Shown here one piece after another: positions 32,297 through 41,497 of a stretch of DNA of 64,000 nt. The stretch spans positions 256,001 through 320,000 of the forward strand of contig NZ_CP157522.1 in the NCBI RefSeq assembly GCF_049075655.1. The letters are read 5' to 3'. Every line of letters starts with the position of its first letter. Position 1 is the stretch's first letter. This DNA is from Methanothermococcus sp. Ax23. Lineage in GTDB: Archaea > AGJL01 > Methanococci > Methanococcales > Methanococcaceae. A model generated the notes under the pieces. That model did no database searches and was not told where the DNA came from. It saw nothing but the letters and a program-made list of their open reading frames with translations. A program made the translations under genes and the position numbers.

Positions 32297-32603
32297 AACA
32301 ATATTCTTTCACTTCTCCATCATAGTATATTCTCAACAGTTTTGAGCCCCACTTGATGACATGAATAGTTTGTGTCATATCTGGCTCTCTTTTAGCAATG
32401 CTGTCAGGATATTCTGAACATGGAATTGGATCGGCATATTTTTTTACAACTTCATCCTCCATTTTTGTTATGTTGTGTTGCAGTCTTTCTCCTACTGGCA
32501 TTGCTTCATATCTTGCATTCAATTCATCGCATATCTTTTTTCCCAATCTTCTAATGTGAACTAGTTCTATTATTCTTCTTTTCTCTTCTCTTGATATTGC
32601 CAT
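32283..32603 (-). CDS. Hypothetical protein
   Basis: RBS GGAGG; operon context. Confidence 0.65.
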   Translation of the reverse strand: MAISREEKRRIIELVHIRRLGKKICDELNARYEAMPVGERLQHNITKMEDEVVKKYADPIPCSEYPDSIAKREPDMTQTIHVIKWGSKLLRIYYDGEVKEYCFDWQ

Positions 32604-32604
32604 T

Positions 32605-32760
32605 TTATACCTCCAATTTATTTATTTCATCGTCATTTCCTTCTTCTTCTATAACATATACATTTACACGCCTTCCAATGTATTTTTTAGGAACTAATAC
32701 TCGCCCCGTATTGCATGACCGTTTTACTTCTTTGTTTTCCACGATTAATTTTTCCTTCAT
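32605..32760 (-). CDS. DUF2080/AbrB-like small DNA-binding protein (51 aa)
   Basis: Hand translation MKEKLIVENKEVKRSCNTGRVLVPKKYIGRRVNVYVIEE...; RBS GGTGA. Confidence 0.75.
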   Translation of the reverse strand: MKEKLIVENKEVKRSCNTGRVLVPKKYIGRRVNVYVIEEEGNDDEINKLEV

Positions 32761-32911
32761 AGTTTCACCATACTATATAATTATCCAATAGTGTAATATT
32801 TTCCACTATATATCTTTGGTGCATCTTTCATATATATACTTTTCTATTGGATTACATTCCATTATTGGATAGTATTACCATAATGTTTAATGTAATAGTA
32901 TCGCAAAATAT

Positions 32912-33310
32912 TTGGACAATAGCACATTAAAGACAGTGGAAACGATGCTTCAAACAATATCCAAAAAGAACAGCAGAACAGTAATGTTATTACTTGCAAA
33001 ATTTGACAAATTACATTTTGGAGCATTAAAGAAAAAGTCAAAAATAGAAGGCAAATCTTTAACAAATGCTTTAAATGAACTACTCGGTGAAGGCTTAATA
33101 CAAAAAGAATACGAAGACCCTACAAAAAGAACAGCGAAGGTTTATTATTCCCTAACTCCACTTGGCAAGGAAGCATTAAAAATATATAAATTAGCAGAAG
33201 AGTTGGAAAGGAAAAAAGAGACGGTTGCAAATTCAGTTATTATCAATGGGGATGTTAATGGGGGAATTATTATTGGTAATGCTTCAAAAGTCAATATAAA
33301 AAAACATTAA
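32912..33310 (+). CDS. HxlR-family winged-helix regulator
   Basis: LHFGAL...SLTNALNEL..EGLIQK...VYYSLTPLG. Confidence 0.85.
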   Translation: MDNSTLKTVETMLQTISKKNSRTVMLLLAKFDKLHFGALKKKSKIEGKSLTNALNELLGEGLIQKEYEDPTKRTAKVYYSLTPLGKEALKIYKLAEELERKKETVANSVIINGDVNGGIIIGNASKVNIKKH

Positions 33311-33339
33311 TATTATCATAATTATCATTTGGTGATAGT

Positions 33340-33472
33340 ATGCCTCCAAAAACCTAAGGGAAAATTAAGGAGAGCATTAACTGGTGATGGTAGGAAGAAA
33401 CCTTCAAAGTTTTTTAAAAATAATGTTAAAGAAGCCTTGGGGAAGTCAAATTCTAAAAAACGCAAAAAGTAA
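33340..33472 (+). pseudogene. Small basic ORF interrupted by one extra A
   Basis: RBS GGTGA + ATG CCT CCA AAA A CCT...; removing one A gives a 43-aa MPPKPKGKLRRAL...KKRKK. Confidence 0.45.
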
Positions 33473-33492
33473 TAAAGTAATGGGGGTTCAAC

Positions 33493-33858
33493 ATGGTAAA
33501 ATATTCTCTTGATGAAAAAATTTTAGTTAAGCATAATATTACATTAACCGACAATGTGATGCAGATTAGTAGATTTAATATAAAAGCGTATGTTTCAATC
33601 GATAAAATTTCAGCCGTCGAATTGGATTTAAGATGGATGATTATCAATTTTTTAATAGCATTTCTATTGTTTTTGTTTGGGGTATTTATTAAAGGTAGTT
33701 ATTCAATGATTTGTTTTATATTGGGTTTTGTTCTTGTTATTTTTGGCTATTTTGGTGCAATAGTTAAAGTTTATCCTATTGGATATAAAGCCGTTGTAAT
33801 TATGGGGTCTTATCATTCCATGAAAGAATTGTTTTATGAACTTAGGAAATTAGTTTAA
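33493..33858 (+). CDS. Two-TM membrane protein
   Basis: Two hydrophobic helices within a PH-like beta pattern. Confidence 0.65.
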   Translation: MVKYSLDEKILVKHNITLTDNVMQISRFNIKAYVSIDKISAVELDLRWMIINFLIAFLLFLFGVFIKGSYSMICFILGFVLVIFGYFGAIVKVYPIGYKAVVIMGSYHSMKELFYELRKLV

Positions 33859-33867
33859 AGGGAAATC

Positions 33868-34284
33868 ATGGACAGGGATATAATCGAAACCGTGCTAAAA
33901 GAACATGGTTTGTTAAAATATGAATATAGGGGGATTGCAAAGGCGTTGTCTAAAATCATGAATCGTAATGAATCCATCAAAGCCGTTTTTCTAACTGACG
34001 GGGGGTATTGGATTCTAATGAGTAGGAGAATTATTATTGTCTCATCTGGATTTTTAGGACATGGTGTTAGTGTTGATGAAGTTATTAATCATAGTCAGAT
34101 AGAACGGTTGTATTATAATATCAATAAAGGGTTTTTCTCATCATCTATGGAACTTAAAATAAAATTAAAAAAAGAAAAAACTCGAACCTATAAAGTAAGT
34201 AGTAATTATAATTTTAATTATGTTGCCAAAGCAATTGATAATTTAAAATATGCCAAATCCAGAAGGAAAAAGAAAAAATCTTAA
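33868..34284 (+). CDS. Bacterial-PH-like domain protein
   Basis: L...E.I..VF...ILMSRRIII...GFL...I..SQI.....KGFFS pattern. Confidence 0.6.
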   Translation: MDRDIIETVLKEHGLLKYEYRGIAKALSKIMNRNESIKAVFLTDGGYWILMSRRIIIVSSGFLGHGVSVDEVINHSQIERLYYNINKGFFSSSMELKIKLKKEKTRTYKVSSNYNFNYVAKAIDNLKYAKSRRKKKKS

Positions 34285-34724
34285 TCTTTTTTATTTCTTA
34301 ACTCATCCCTAATCTCTTTTAAAATTTCTTTTATTTCATCCTGTCCTTTTTTAACATCTTCCAAAACTCCAAAAATCATTTTAATATATTTAACTCCTTC
34401 ATCGAGTTTTTTATTTAATTCAAGCAAATCATCAGCAGAGATTCTATTTATTCCTTTTGGAAACTCAATATATGTTTTTAATTCTTTCTCTTCTATTCTA
34501 TCGATATTTATAAGATTGTCGTCTTCTTCCAACTCTTTAATTACTTCTTTGAATAATCTCTTCTTTTTTTCAGAGTTGAAGTTTGCTAAAATCCTAACTG
34601 TTCCATCCTTATAATTATAAACTACACCATCAATACCTAAACCTCTCCCAATATCCTCTATCCTATCTCTAAAACCAACATGTTGGACTTTACCATATAT
34701 TTTTAACTCGTAAGTTGTTGCCAT
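34281..34724 (-). CDS. Acylphosphatase-domain protein with C-terminal coiled coil
   Basis: GKVQHVGFR and G.VYN..DGTV motifs. Confidence 0.85.
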   Translation of the reverse strand: MATTYELKIYGKVQHVGFRDRIEDIGRGLGIDGVVYNYKDGTVRILANFNSEKKKRLFKEVIKELEEDDNLINIDRIEEKELKTYIEFPKGINRISADDLLELNKKLDEGVKYIKMIFGVLEDVKKGQDEIKEILKEIRDELRNKKD

Positions 34725-34856
34725 ATTCTCACCTTTTAATGTTATATTATAACATAACTTCTATATATTTTATTCGATATTGTCAATGTAGTATCGGAGC
34801 TCCTGGAACATAGTGATACCAGGAGAGGGTGAGCTCTGCATGATATATCATGAGAG

Positions 34857-35369
34857 TTATTCCACATACTCCCGGAGCTCCGACAACAACTCATACGCTC
34901 GGTTCAAATCTCCAACTTCAACAGCATGTTCCAACTCACTAAATAATATTTTCACAGAAGCAATGTTGTATAAATCATTATCAATAAACACTTCCTTAAA
35001 CTCATAAATCAACTCTTTTAATTGTTCTTTTTTCATGTTTATTATGTCATCCTTTACATAATCATATACTGTGGATTTTGGAATTCCGACCATCTCCGCA
35101 GTCTCTCTTATTGAATGCCCTTCTTTTATAAGGTTTAATAGTTCTCTCTTTTGAGTTTCATTTATTTTCTTTTTCCTTCCCTTTTGTTTAGATTTAACTT
35201 CAATAAATATTCCTGTGTTCTCTTTAAGAATTTGGATTTTATATGCCATTTTGGGATGGTTAAATACTGATTCTGGCATTCTTATAAATACCAAATCTTT
35301 ATTGGAATCTACAATGATTTTGTTTATTTCCTCCCAACTAACTATTTTATTAATGTCCTTTTCTATCAT
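34857..35369 (-). CDS. Resolvase-type HTH protein (paralogue of 56050-56583)
   Basis: KGRKKKI...EGHSIRETAEMVGIPKSTVY. Confidence 0.85.
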   Translation of the reverse strand: MIEKDINKIVSWEEINKIIVDSNKDLVFIRMPESVFNHPKMAYKIQILKENTGIFIEVKSKQKGRKKKINETQKRELLNLIKEGHSIRETAEMVGIPKSTVYDYVKDDIINMKKEQLKELIYEFKEVFIDNDLYNIASVKILFSELEHAVEVGDLNRAYELLSELREYVE

Positions 35370-35920
35370 CCTTCTCTCCTCAAAACATCCTCCGCTATTT
35401 TAGATTGAGTATATTTTAAAATCATGTCTATTTTTTTATGCCCTGTTATTGATGCCACAATTTGAGCAGGATATTGCTTTTTACCAAGGTATGAAATGTA
35501 GGAATACCTCAAAGAGTGTGTATTTATCCCTAAGTTTGTTAAATACCATGATGATGCATTGTTTGCAATCCGTTTAATGGTTTTATTTTCCCATTCCAAC
35601 ACCACATCTTTTGTCAGTTCAACATCTCTATTTGATATTTCCTTTGGAAGAATGAGTTTTCTCATTGCATTATCTTTCCTTTTTTCCACTTTAACAGATA
35701 CTTCATGTTCTTTTGATTTTGTAAATTTGATTAGTCCTTCAATCGCTTCCCCTATTCTGCAACCATTTCTCAATTGTATGAGTCCCAAAATCAAATAAGC
35801 ATATTTTTTCCTGTCGTTTTTATAAAGGGGTTTCTTGTTTCTCAACTGTTCCAGTTGTTGGATGAGTTTTTGTTTAGTTTCTTCATAATCCAATCCCATA
35901 TCCCAGTCATTTTCTCCCAT
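35366..35920 (-). CDS. Short tyrosine recombinase, catalytic domain only (paralogue of 56838-57452)
   Basis: QLRNGCRIGEA, HSLRY and TGH......Y motifs. Confidence 0.88.
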   Translation of the reverse strand: MGENDWDMGLDYEETKQKLIQQLEQLRNKKPLYKNDRKKYAYLILGLIQLRNGCRIGEAIEGLIKFTKSKEHEVSVKVEKRKDNAMRKLILPKEISNRDVELTKDVVLEWENKTIKRIANNASSWYLTNLGINTHSLRYSYISYLGKKQYPAQIVASITGHKKIDMILKYTQSKIAEDVLRREG

Positions 35921-36073
35921 GTTGATTACCTCTCATAATGTTAGAATGTCCGAAAAATACTAACTTAAAATAATAAAACTATCCTTTGATTAGTTTAATC
36001 GAATGTCTAAAAAAATAATCCATTCCAAAAATTTCCAACTAACAAACTATACATTTTGTTAGGTCGTATAGTT

Positions 36074-36328
36074 TCAACTAATCCCTAAGAGTTTTAGTTT
36101 TTCACGGAATTCTTTAATTGGGATTTCATAACGCCATTCTCCAAATACGACATACACCATTCTTTTTTTTCTATCGTGGCTAATCGGTATGCTCCGAATA
36201 TCATCCATCTCTTTAACATAGCCTCTTATATACGCTTCCTTATAATATCCGTTGTATGAATGATGCCTTTTTCTATCTCTCTTGTGTAATTTTTTAAAGC
36301 ATTTCCGTTTCATGTTGATCATGTTCAT
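36074..36328 (-). CDS. Basic hypothetical protein
   Basis: ORF coupled to the upstream ORF. Confidence 0.5.
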   Translation of the reverse strand: MNMINMKRKCFKKLHKRDRKRHHSYNGYYKEAYIRGYVKEMDDIRSIPISHDRKKRMVYVVFGEWRYEIPIKEFREKLKLLGIS

Positions 36329-36509
36329 CCCTTTTTATCTTATAAACTGTCCCGTCTTCTTTAACTAAAATCACTTCTTTATAATTGCCCTCTATTTCTT
36401 CTGCGTCAATATTGAGAAAACAGTTTGCAGATATTAAAATTCCTTCAGTTGAGAACTTTATAGCATCTATTTTCTTAACATTGAATTCTTTTAAGTTGTT
36501 TTTGTCCAT
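36294..36509 (-). CDS. Hypothetical protein
   Basis: Start moved to MDKNNLKEF after RBS GTGAT. Confidence 0.55.
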   Translation of the reverse strand: MDKNNLKEFNVKKIDAIKFSTEGILISANCFLNIDAEEIEGNYKEVILVKEDGTVYKIKRDEHDQHETEML

Positions 36510-36629
36510 AATATCACTAAAAGCCCATTTGATTAGTTTAATCGAGTAAATTAAGTTAGAGTATAATATGTTATTAAAAGAATATTGAATGCTGATGATA
36601 TATAGAGCAATTTCCAATAAGTGCTTTCT

Positions 36630-36896
36630 TCATTCCATTTCTTCTTCATCTTCCTCAATATCTTCATCATACCCCATCTCCTCCAAATATTTTCCATATT
36701 TCTTCAACATTTGCATCGTATATTCAACATCTTCTTTGAGTGCCTGCCACCGTGCCAGTGCATCCGTGTAATCTTTCCATGTTTCTTCATCAAGATCTGC
36801 ACCAAAAATTAAAAAACACTTTTCAATTTCATTATCGCTGCCATAAACCTTCTGGTATATATGCCCCATTGCGTTTATGATGTCATGGATATTCAT
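36630..36896 (-). CDS. Acidic hypothetical protein
   Basis: Coupled to the upstream ORF. Confidence 0.6.
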   Translation of the reverse strand: MNIHDIINAMGHIYQKVYGSDNEIEKCFLIFGADLDEETWKDYTDALARWQALKEDVEYTMQMLKKYGKYLEEMGYDEDIEEDEEEME

Positions 36897-37252
36897 TATT
36901 CCACCTTTCTGTTTTTAACAATGTCATTTATAAGTTCCAGGTCACTTAAGATTTCAAGACATTTTTCCTTAACTTCTTGCGAGTACGAAATGTGATATAT
37001 TTCTTTCAACCTCGTCCCTACTCGAACCATTAGCCTACTGTATAAGTTATCAACATCAATAACAGGTTCTTTTTTAGGCCTTCCTCTTTTGGGCTGTTCC
37101 ACAACATCCACACTTTCTCCATCAGGACTATCCGGAGCTCCTACGTGTTCATCATCATTCACAATTATGAGTTCATCTTCTTCACTTTCTTGGCTAGATT
37201 CTATTCCTCCAAATAGTTCTTCATCATCACTTATCATCATCAAAACCCCCAA
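36896..37252 (-). CDS. Acidic protein with an AT-hook
   Basis: PKRGRPKK motif after an acidic tract. Confidence 0.65.
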   Translation of the reverse strand: MGVLMMISDDEELFGGIESSQESEEDELIIVNDDEHVGAPDSPDGESVDVVEQPKRGRPKKEPVIDVDNLYSRLMVRVGTRLKEIYHISYSQEVKEKCLEILSDLELINDIVKNRKVE

Positions 37253-37988
37253 CGGTTTTTATAAAGTTGTCAAAACTAAATCCTAGTTCTACACCCGAAA
37301 ACTCTTTTGATTTATTTCCTTTTTTCCTATCGGTCTGCGTTTCTTTACCTTGATATGCCCTCATAGTAGGATTTAATTTAAGAGATGAATCAATAACTCT
37401 CGGTAATTCAACACCCAATTTTTCAAGTGCTGCCTTATACATTGCAGCTTCCTGCAATGCTATTTCATATAGCTGTCTTCTTCTAGGGTCTAATACTTCC
37501 AAAGGTTTTGCCTCTTCGGTGTAATTGTTTATTATCTCAAAACTATGTGCATAGATAGTAATTATTTCATCAGATAGATCAATACATCCAGCAGGAACAT
37601 GCACCACCCTATACTGTTCCTTTTTTCCAAAGATTAATGCTTTAAATGCTGAAATTATTTCTTCAATAAAATCAGGGCTTCGTCTCCTATACAATATAAT
37701 ATGAATATCATTTGGCCGTGGAATTAATGCAATGGGGTATCCATATATTTTTTCTCCATGTCCATTGTTCCAAATCAGTAACTTTTGTTTTACTTTATAG
37801 GGAGTTAGTGAAGCCATTGCAATTTTTTCATTTTCTATTTCCTCTTGCTTCTTTTTTATTAATTTCAAAGGATTTTTTGTTTTCCCATCAGATTTGTTAT
37901 ATTTAGGTTGTGACTTATTATCCCCATTTTCAGACAATTCTTCCTTTTCCCCCAATTCTTTTTCCTTAGATTTTTTAAATCCAAACAT
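37227..37988 (-). CDS. Element protein downstream of the ATPase (t26-15p position)
   Basis: RBS AGGTGA; position in the module. Confidence 0.7.
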   Translation of the reverse strand: MFGFKKSKEKELGEKEELSENGDNKSQPKYNKSDGKTKNPLKLIKKKQEEIENEKIAMASLTPYKVKQKLLIWNNGHGEKIYGYPIALIPRPNDIHIILYRRRSPDFIEEIISAFKALIFGKKEQYRVVHVPAGCIDLSDEIITIYAHSFEIINNYTEEAKPLEVLDPRRRQLYEIALQEAAMYKAALEKLGVELPRVIDSSLKLNPTMRAYQGKETQTDRKKGNKSKEFSGVELGFSFDNFIKTVGGFDDDK

Positions 37989-37996
37989 TATATCAC

Positions 37997-39337
37997 CTAC
38001 AACGATTGTGGATGCCTGTAAGCTATCCTTTCAACATATTGCTTATCGTATGCAAAATACCCCCTGAATTTATTTTTCTGTTTCATTTTTTGGTATTCGT
38101 CAATAGAAAATGATTCTTCCATTCCAATATCATCTTCATCAATTCCGGGAATCATTTTTTTCAACAGTTTTAAGTCTTCAGGACTTGCTATTTTTCCAAC
38201 AATTCCGATGTGTGTGCATCCCTCAATAAGGGATTTATTCAAACCTGCCATATATTGAGTAGCACCAATTAGATTGATACCCATGGACCTACCTTCCCTA
38301 TATATTTTATTAATTGCAGACAGGCCCACAGGATTATTGGCAAAGTGCTGTATCTCATCCACAAAGAAAAAAATAGGTATCTTTAACTTAAACGCAGATT
38401 TAACTGCCATATCTACAATCATTTTAAAAATAAGATTTTCTTCCTCTGTTGTAAGGTCTGAATTTTGGGAAAAATCAATCACATTTATCCGCTTGTTTGA
38501 AACATACTTAAAAAAACTCTCATCTTTTGAAAATAAAGGGTCTTTTTTCAATCTGTCCATAGTTTCTTCAATTCGTGAGTAAGTCCTGGAAGGTTTTTCT
38601 GGGTTATCCCATTCTAATGCTTTTTCCAATACTTTATCAGGGTCCCTAATTTTTTCAATATTCCAAATTTTCCTTAATCTTTCACCATGTAAAGCCCCAC
38701 TCCCAACATGAGTTAATTTCTCAATGAATGAAAAATCAATACTGCTGTATTTTATTTTCGCTTCAATTACTTCCGTTTTCCACCCATTATCTATTTTAAT
38801 ATTATTTAACCTCCTCCTTGGCCTGAATACAAAACGATTAACTGGGAATGCATAAGGAGACAATCCAAAATAACCTAATATTGTATTATTACCTGCCCAT
38901 TTCGTATATTTTCCCAATATATTAGGCATTCCCATTGCAAAATCTCCGGGGCTTCCGTATAAGTGAGGATATTTATTCATTAACTCCACATATTTTATGA
39001 TATAATCCCATGTATTTTTCCCATATTTTTTATACAGCATTTCTTTTGAATATTTTTGAGATTCCTTATAATATATTTCTTTGATTTTTTCTGCCTTTGA
39101 AACATCAATTTTCCTCTCAAACACAAAAATAATTGGAGCAATTCCTTTGTTAAGATATGCTGACCATATGGATTCAATTAGTGCCCTCATTACTGTTGTT
39201 TTTCCAAATCCTGAACCGCCCAAAAATAACATGTGATTTGCTTCCTCTGTTTTAAGGTCGAGTGTTCTTCTTGTTTTATTGCCTGTTGCTCTACCATATA
39301 ATGCATGACCTCTCCCAAGATATATTGGAACCTTCAT
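37997..39337 (-). CDS. HerA/FtsK/VirB4-like P-loop ATPase
   Basis: GGSGFGKT, FFFVDE and REGRSMG...ATQ; start moved to MKVPIY after RBS GGTGGTGA. Confidence 0.9.
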   Translation of the reverse strand: MKVPIYLGRGHALYGRATGNKTRRTLDLKTEEANHMLFLGGSGFGKTTVMRALIESIWSAYLNKGIAPIIFVFERKIDVSKAEKIKEIYYKESQKYSKEMLYKKYGKNTWDYIIKYVELMNKYPHLYGSPGDFAMGMPNILGKYTKWAGNNTILGYFGLSPYAFPVNRFVFRPRRRLNNIKIDNGWKTEVIEAKIKYSSIDFSFIEKLTHVGSGALHGERLRKIWNIEKIRDPDKVLEKALEWDNPEKPSRTYSRIEETMDRLKKDPLFSKDESFFKYVSNKRINVIDFSQNSDLTTEEENLIFKMIVDMAVKSAFKLKIPIFFFVDEIQHFANNPVGLSAINKIYREGRSMGINLIGATQYMAGLNKSLIEGCTHIGIVGKIASPEDLKLLKKMIPGIDEDDIGMEESFSIDEYQKMKQKNKFRGYFAYDKQYVERIAYRHPQSL

Positions 39338-39486
39338 AATCACCACCAAAATAGACCACTTGATAAATAGCAAACTTATCCAAAATAGTTATTATTTGTA
39401 AAAAATAGGCATGTGAGGTTATTTAATGAATAAAAAAATTATATAAATGCGTGTAGTAGTTAAAAAATAAAAACTAAAAAAAGTCT

Positions 39487-40101
39487 TCATACTGGATAGT
39501 CATACCTTTTTTTGTATCTTACAAATCCATATCCTATAACTATACATGCTAATCCACCAAATATAACTGCAGTTTTAAAATTAGAAACATCTTTCTTCCA
39601 TTCATTGTAAGCAGATATGTAATCTTCTTTTGTTTCATTTGATTGTTTGTTGATTAAATCAGTTATAATGTCTTTGTATTGTTCATTTTGTTGTTTAATG
39701 ATTTCATTTTCTGCTTTTAGTGTTGTAATTTGTTTTTGTAAATTTGTAATGTTTTTATTAAGTTCTATATTCTTCTTTTTGTAAGAAATATACTCTGCTA
39801 ACAATTTGTTTTTCTTATCTAGCTCGTTTTGTAATTTTGTCATGTTTTTTTGCAGCTCTGCTATCAATACATTATATGCCTTGACCATGTTGGCATCATA
39901 TACAATTACTGTTTTATTTCCCTCAATTTCCAACTTTTTAATGATTTGAACTGTTAAATTCTCTGGAAGATTCTCATCAGTATCATTAATCCAGAATACT
40001 TTTTGTTCCCCCGTCTGTGCATCTATTAATGTTATATTCTTTGCACTCACTCCTATGGGAACTGCCATTATTATCAGTATCAAAACTAATCGCTTTAACA
40101 C
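39487..40101 (-). CDS. Coiled-coil protein with signal peptide and C-terminal TM anchor
   Basis: N-terminal signal, heptads, C-terminal hydrophobic helix plus basic tail. Confidence 0.8.
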   Translation of the reverse strand: MLKRLVLILIIMAVPIGVSAKNITLIDAQTGEQKVFWINDTDENLPENLTVQIIKKLEIEGNKTVIVYDANMVKAYNVLIAELQKNMTKLQNELDKKNKLLAEYISYKKKNIELNKNITNLQKQITTLKAENEIIKQQNEQYKDIITDLINKQSNETKEDYISAYNEWKKDVSNFKTAVIFGGLACIVIGYGFVRYKKRYDYPV

Positions 40102-40113
40102 AATGCAATCACC

Positions 40114-40572
40114 TCAACCAAATAATCCTTGTATCTTACAATATCCACTCTGCCTATCTACTAAAACATACCCCATGAAATCGCCCTTAGTGTTCTTTCT
40201 ACCAAACAGCAATTTAAACTGCCAGTAATAATTTCCATCTTTGAATTCTTCAATGCTACCTGGGTCAACATCAAGATGATAATTATGCTCTTCCAACATC
40301 TTGTTGTAGTTGTCATCAAGATACTTCCGTGCCAAATTTAACGCCTGAACCCCACCGATTGAATACTTTTTTGGTGGAGTTGATAGAACCACAAAAGAGC
40401 CATCTGGATAACGAATTGTTTCATTCACAATAATGTATCCTGATGAAGGATAGCCAAACTCCAAAAGTTTTTCTTTAATAATATCATCATCGGATTGTTG
40501 GAAACTCATGACCGTGAAAGTAATTAAAAAAATAGCTAAAAAAGAAAAAAATAGAATTCTTAAAACTTTCAT
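40114..40572 (-). CDS. Membrane-anchored/secreted protein, PepSY-like C-terminus
   Basis: N-terminal TM; AL.LA..YL...YYWQF...VLVD..SG pattern. Confidence 0.7.
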   Translation of the reverse strand: MKVLRILFFSFLAIFLITFTVMSFQQSDDDIIKEKLLEFGYPSSGYIIVNETIRYPDGSFVVLSTPPKKYSIGGVQALNLARKYLDDNYNKMLEEHNYHLDVDPGSIEEFKDGNYYWQFKLLFGRKNTKGDFMGYVLVDRQSGYCKIQGLFG

Positions 40573-40582
40573 ATTATCACTC

Positions 40583-41104
40583 TTACTGAGTGCTTATGTT
40601 AAGAACTTCTGAACCATTTTCTGGAACTCTGTATATCGTGTTGTTATATAACACAGTTGTATAGTAGTAGAGCTCGGTTGCAGTATCATTTGTAATTGGA
40701 ATGGTTGCGGTTGTTGGCAATGTAACATTAGTTGCAATGTATGACTCTGTGAATGTTGTATTATCATAGCTCGTAAATACTGCTATTTGTGATACCGATA
40801 TATTATCTTGTGAAGATGTTATTGAAACAAGAGAACTATTTGTTGAATTATCATAAATTGCAGCAATTGAGAAAGACAACTGATTTACAACTGTTAAATT
40901 ATCTGTTGTGTTTGTAGTTTGATTAATAGTTTCATTAAATGTTAAATTGTCTGCTGTTGTAGTGTTCGTAGTGCTGTTTTTTAGGAAGTCAAGGAGGAAA
41001 CCGCCGCCATCACTACTATGTGAGCTCATCCAGAACGCTCCAATACATGTTAATACTAATGCAATTACAAGCCCGATTGTTATATTACGCTCCATATAGA
41101 CCAC
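40583..41104 (-). CDS. Thr/Asn-rich surface glycoprotein candidate
   Basis: N-terminal TM; many N-x-S/T sequons. Confidence 0.75.
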   Translation of the reverse strand: MVYMERNITIGLVIALVLTCIGAFWMSSHSSDGGGFLLDFLKNSTTNTTTADNLTFNETINQTTNTTDNLTVVNQLSFSIAAIYDNSTNSSLVSITSSQDNISVSQIAVFTSYDNTTFTESYIATNVTLPTTATIPITNDTATELYYYTTVLYNNTIYRVPENGSEVLNISTQ

Positions 41105-41351
41105 CTACAATAGATTTAATGCTTTCAATTATTCCATTAAGGTCAAGAACTCCAAAATATGAGAGTGCAGCAGCTACAATTATAACGCATACTAACACCC
41201 ATAAACTCCTGAGGATTATTGCCCCAATCGTAAAAAATGCAACTGCAACTATCCACCATTGCAAAAAGATACCTGAAAAAATCCCCAATAAGAAAAATAA
41301 AATTGCATGATTTTCCTTCTCATTTTCAAGTTTTTCAAGAAAACTCTTCAA
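41085..41351 (-). CDS. Small integral membrane protein
   Basis: Highly hydrophobic; RBS GGTGA. Confidence 0.7.
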   Translation of the reverse strand: MKSFLEKLENEKENHAILFFLLGIFSGIFLQWWIVAVAFFTIGAIILRSLWVLVCVIIVAAALSYFGVLDLNGIIESIKSIVGGLYGA

Positions 41352-41355
41352 CTTA

Positions 41356-41493
41356 TCACCCCTTCTTTTTGGATTTTTTGGATTTTCTCTTTTTCAGCAT
41401 TTCAGACCTATCCGCTTCAATCACATTTCCATTTTTATCCACATAATAGAATTTTCCTTTCTTTTTCTGTATTTTTCCAACTGTTCTTGCCAT
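41356..41493 (-). CDS. 45-aa highly basic CC1-like DNA-binding protein
   Basis: Hand translation MARTVGKIQKKKGKFYYVDKNGNVIEADRSEMLKKRKSKKSKKKG; RBS GGTGA; fills the operon gap exactly. Confidence 0.75.
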   Translation of the reverse strand: MARTVGKIQKKKGKFYYVDKNGNVIEADRSEMLKKRKSKKSKKKG

Positions 41494-41497
41494 AATA

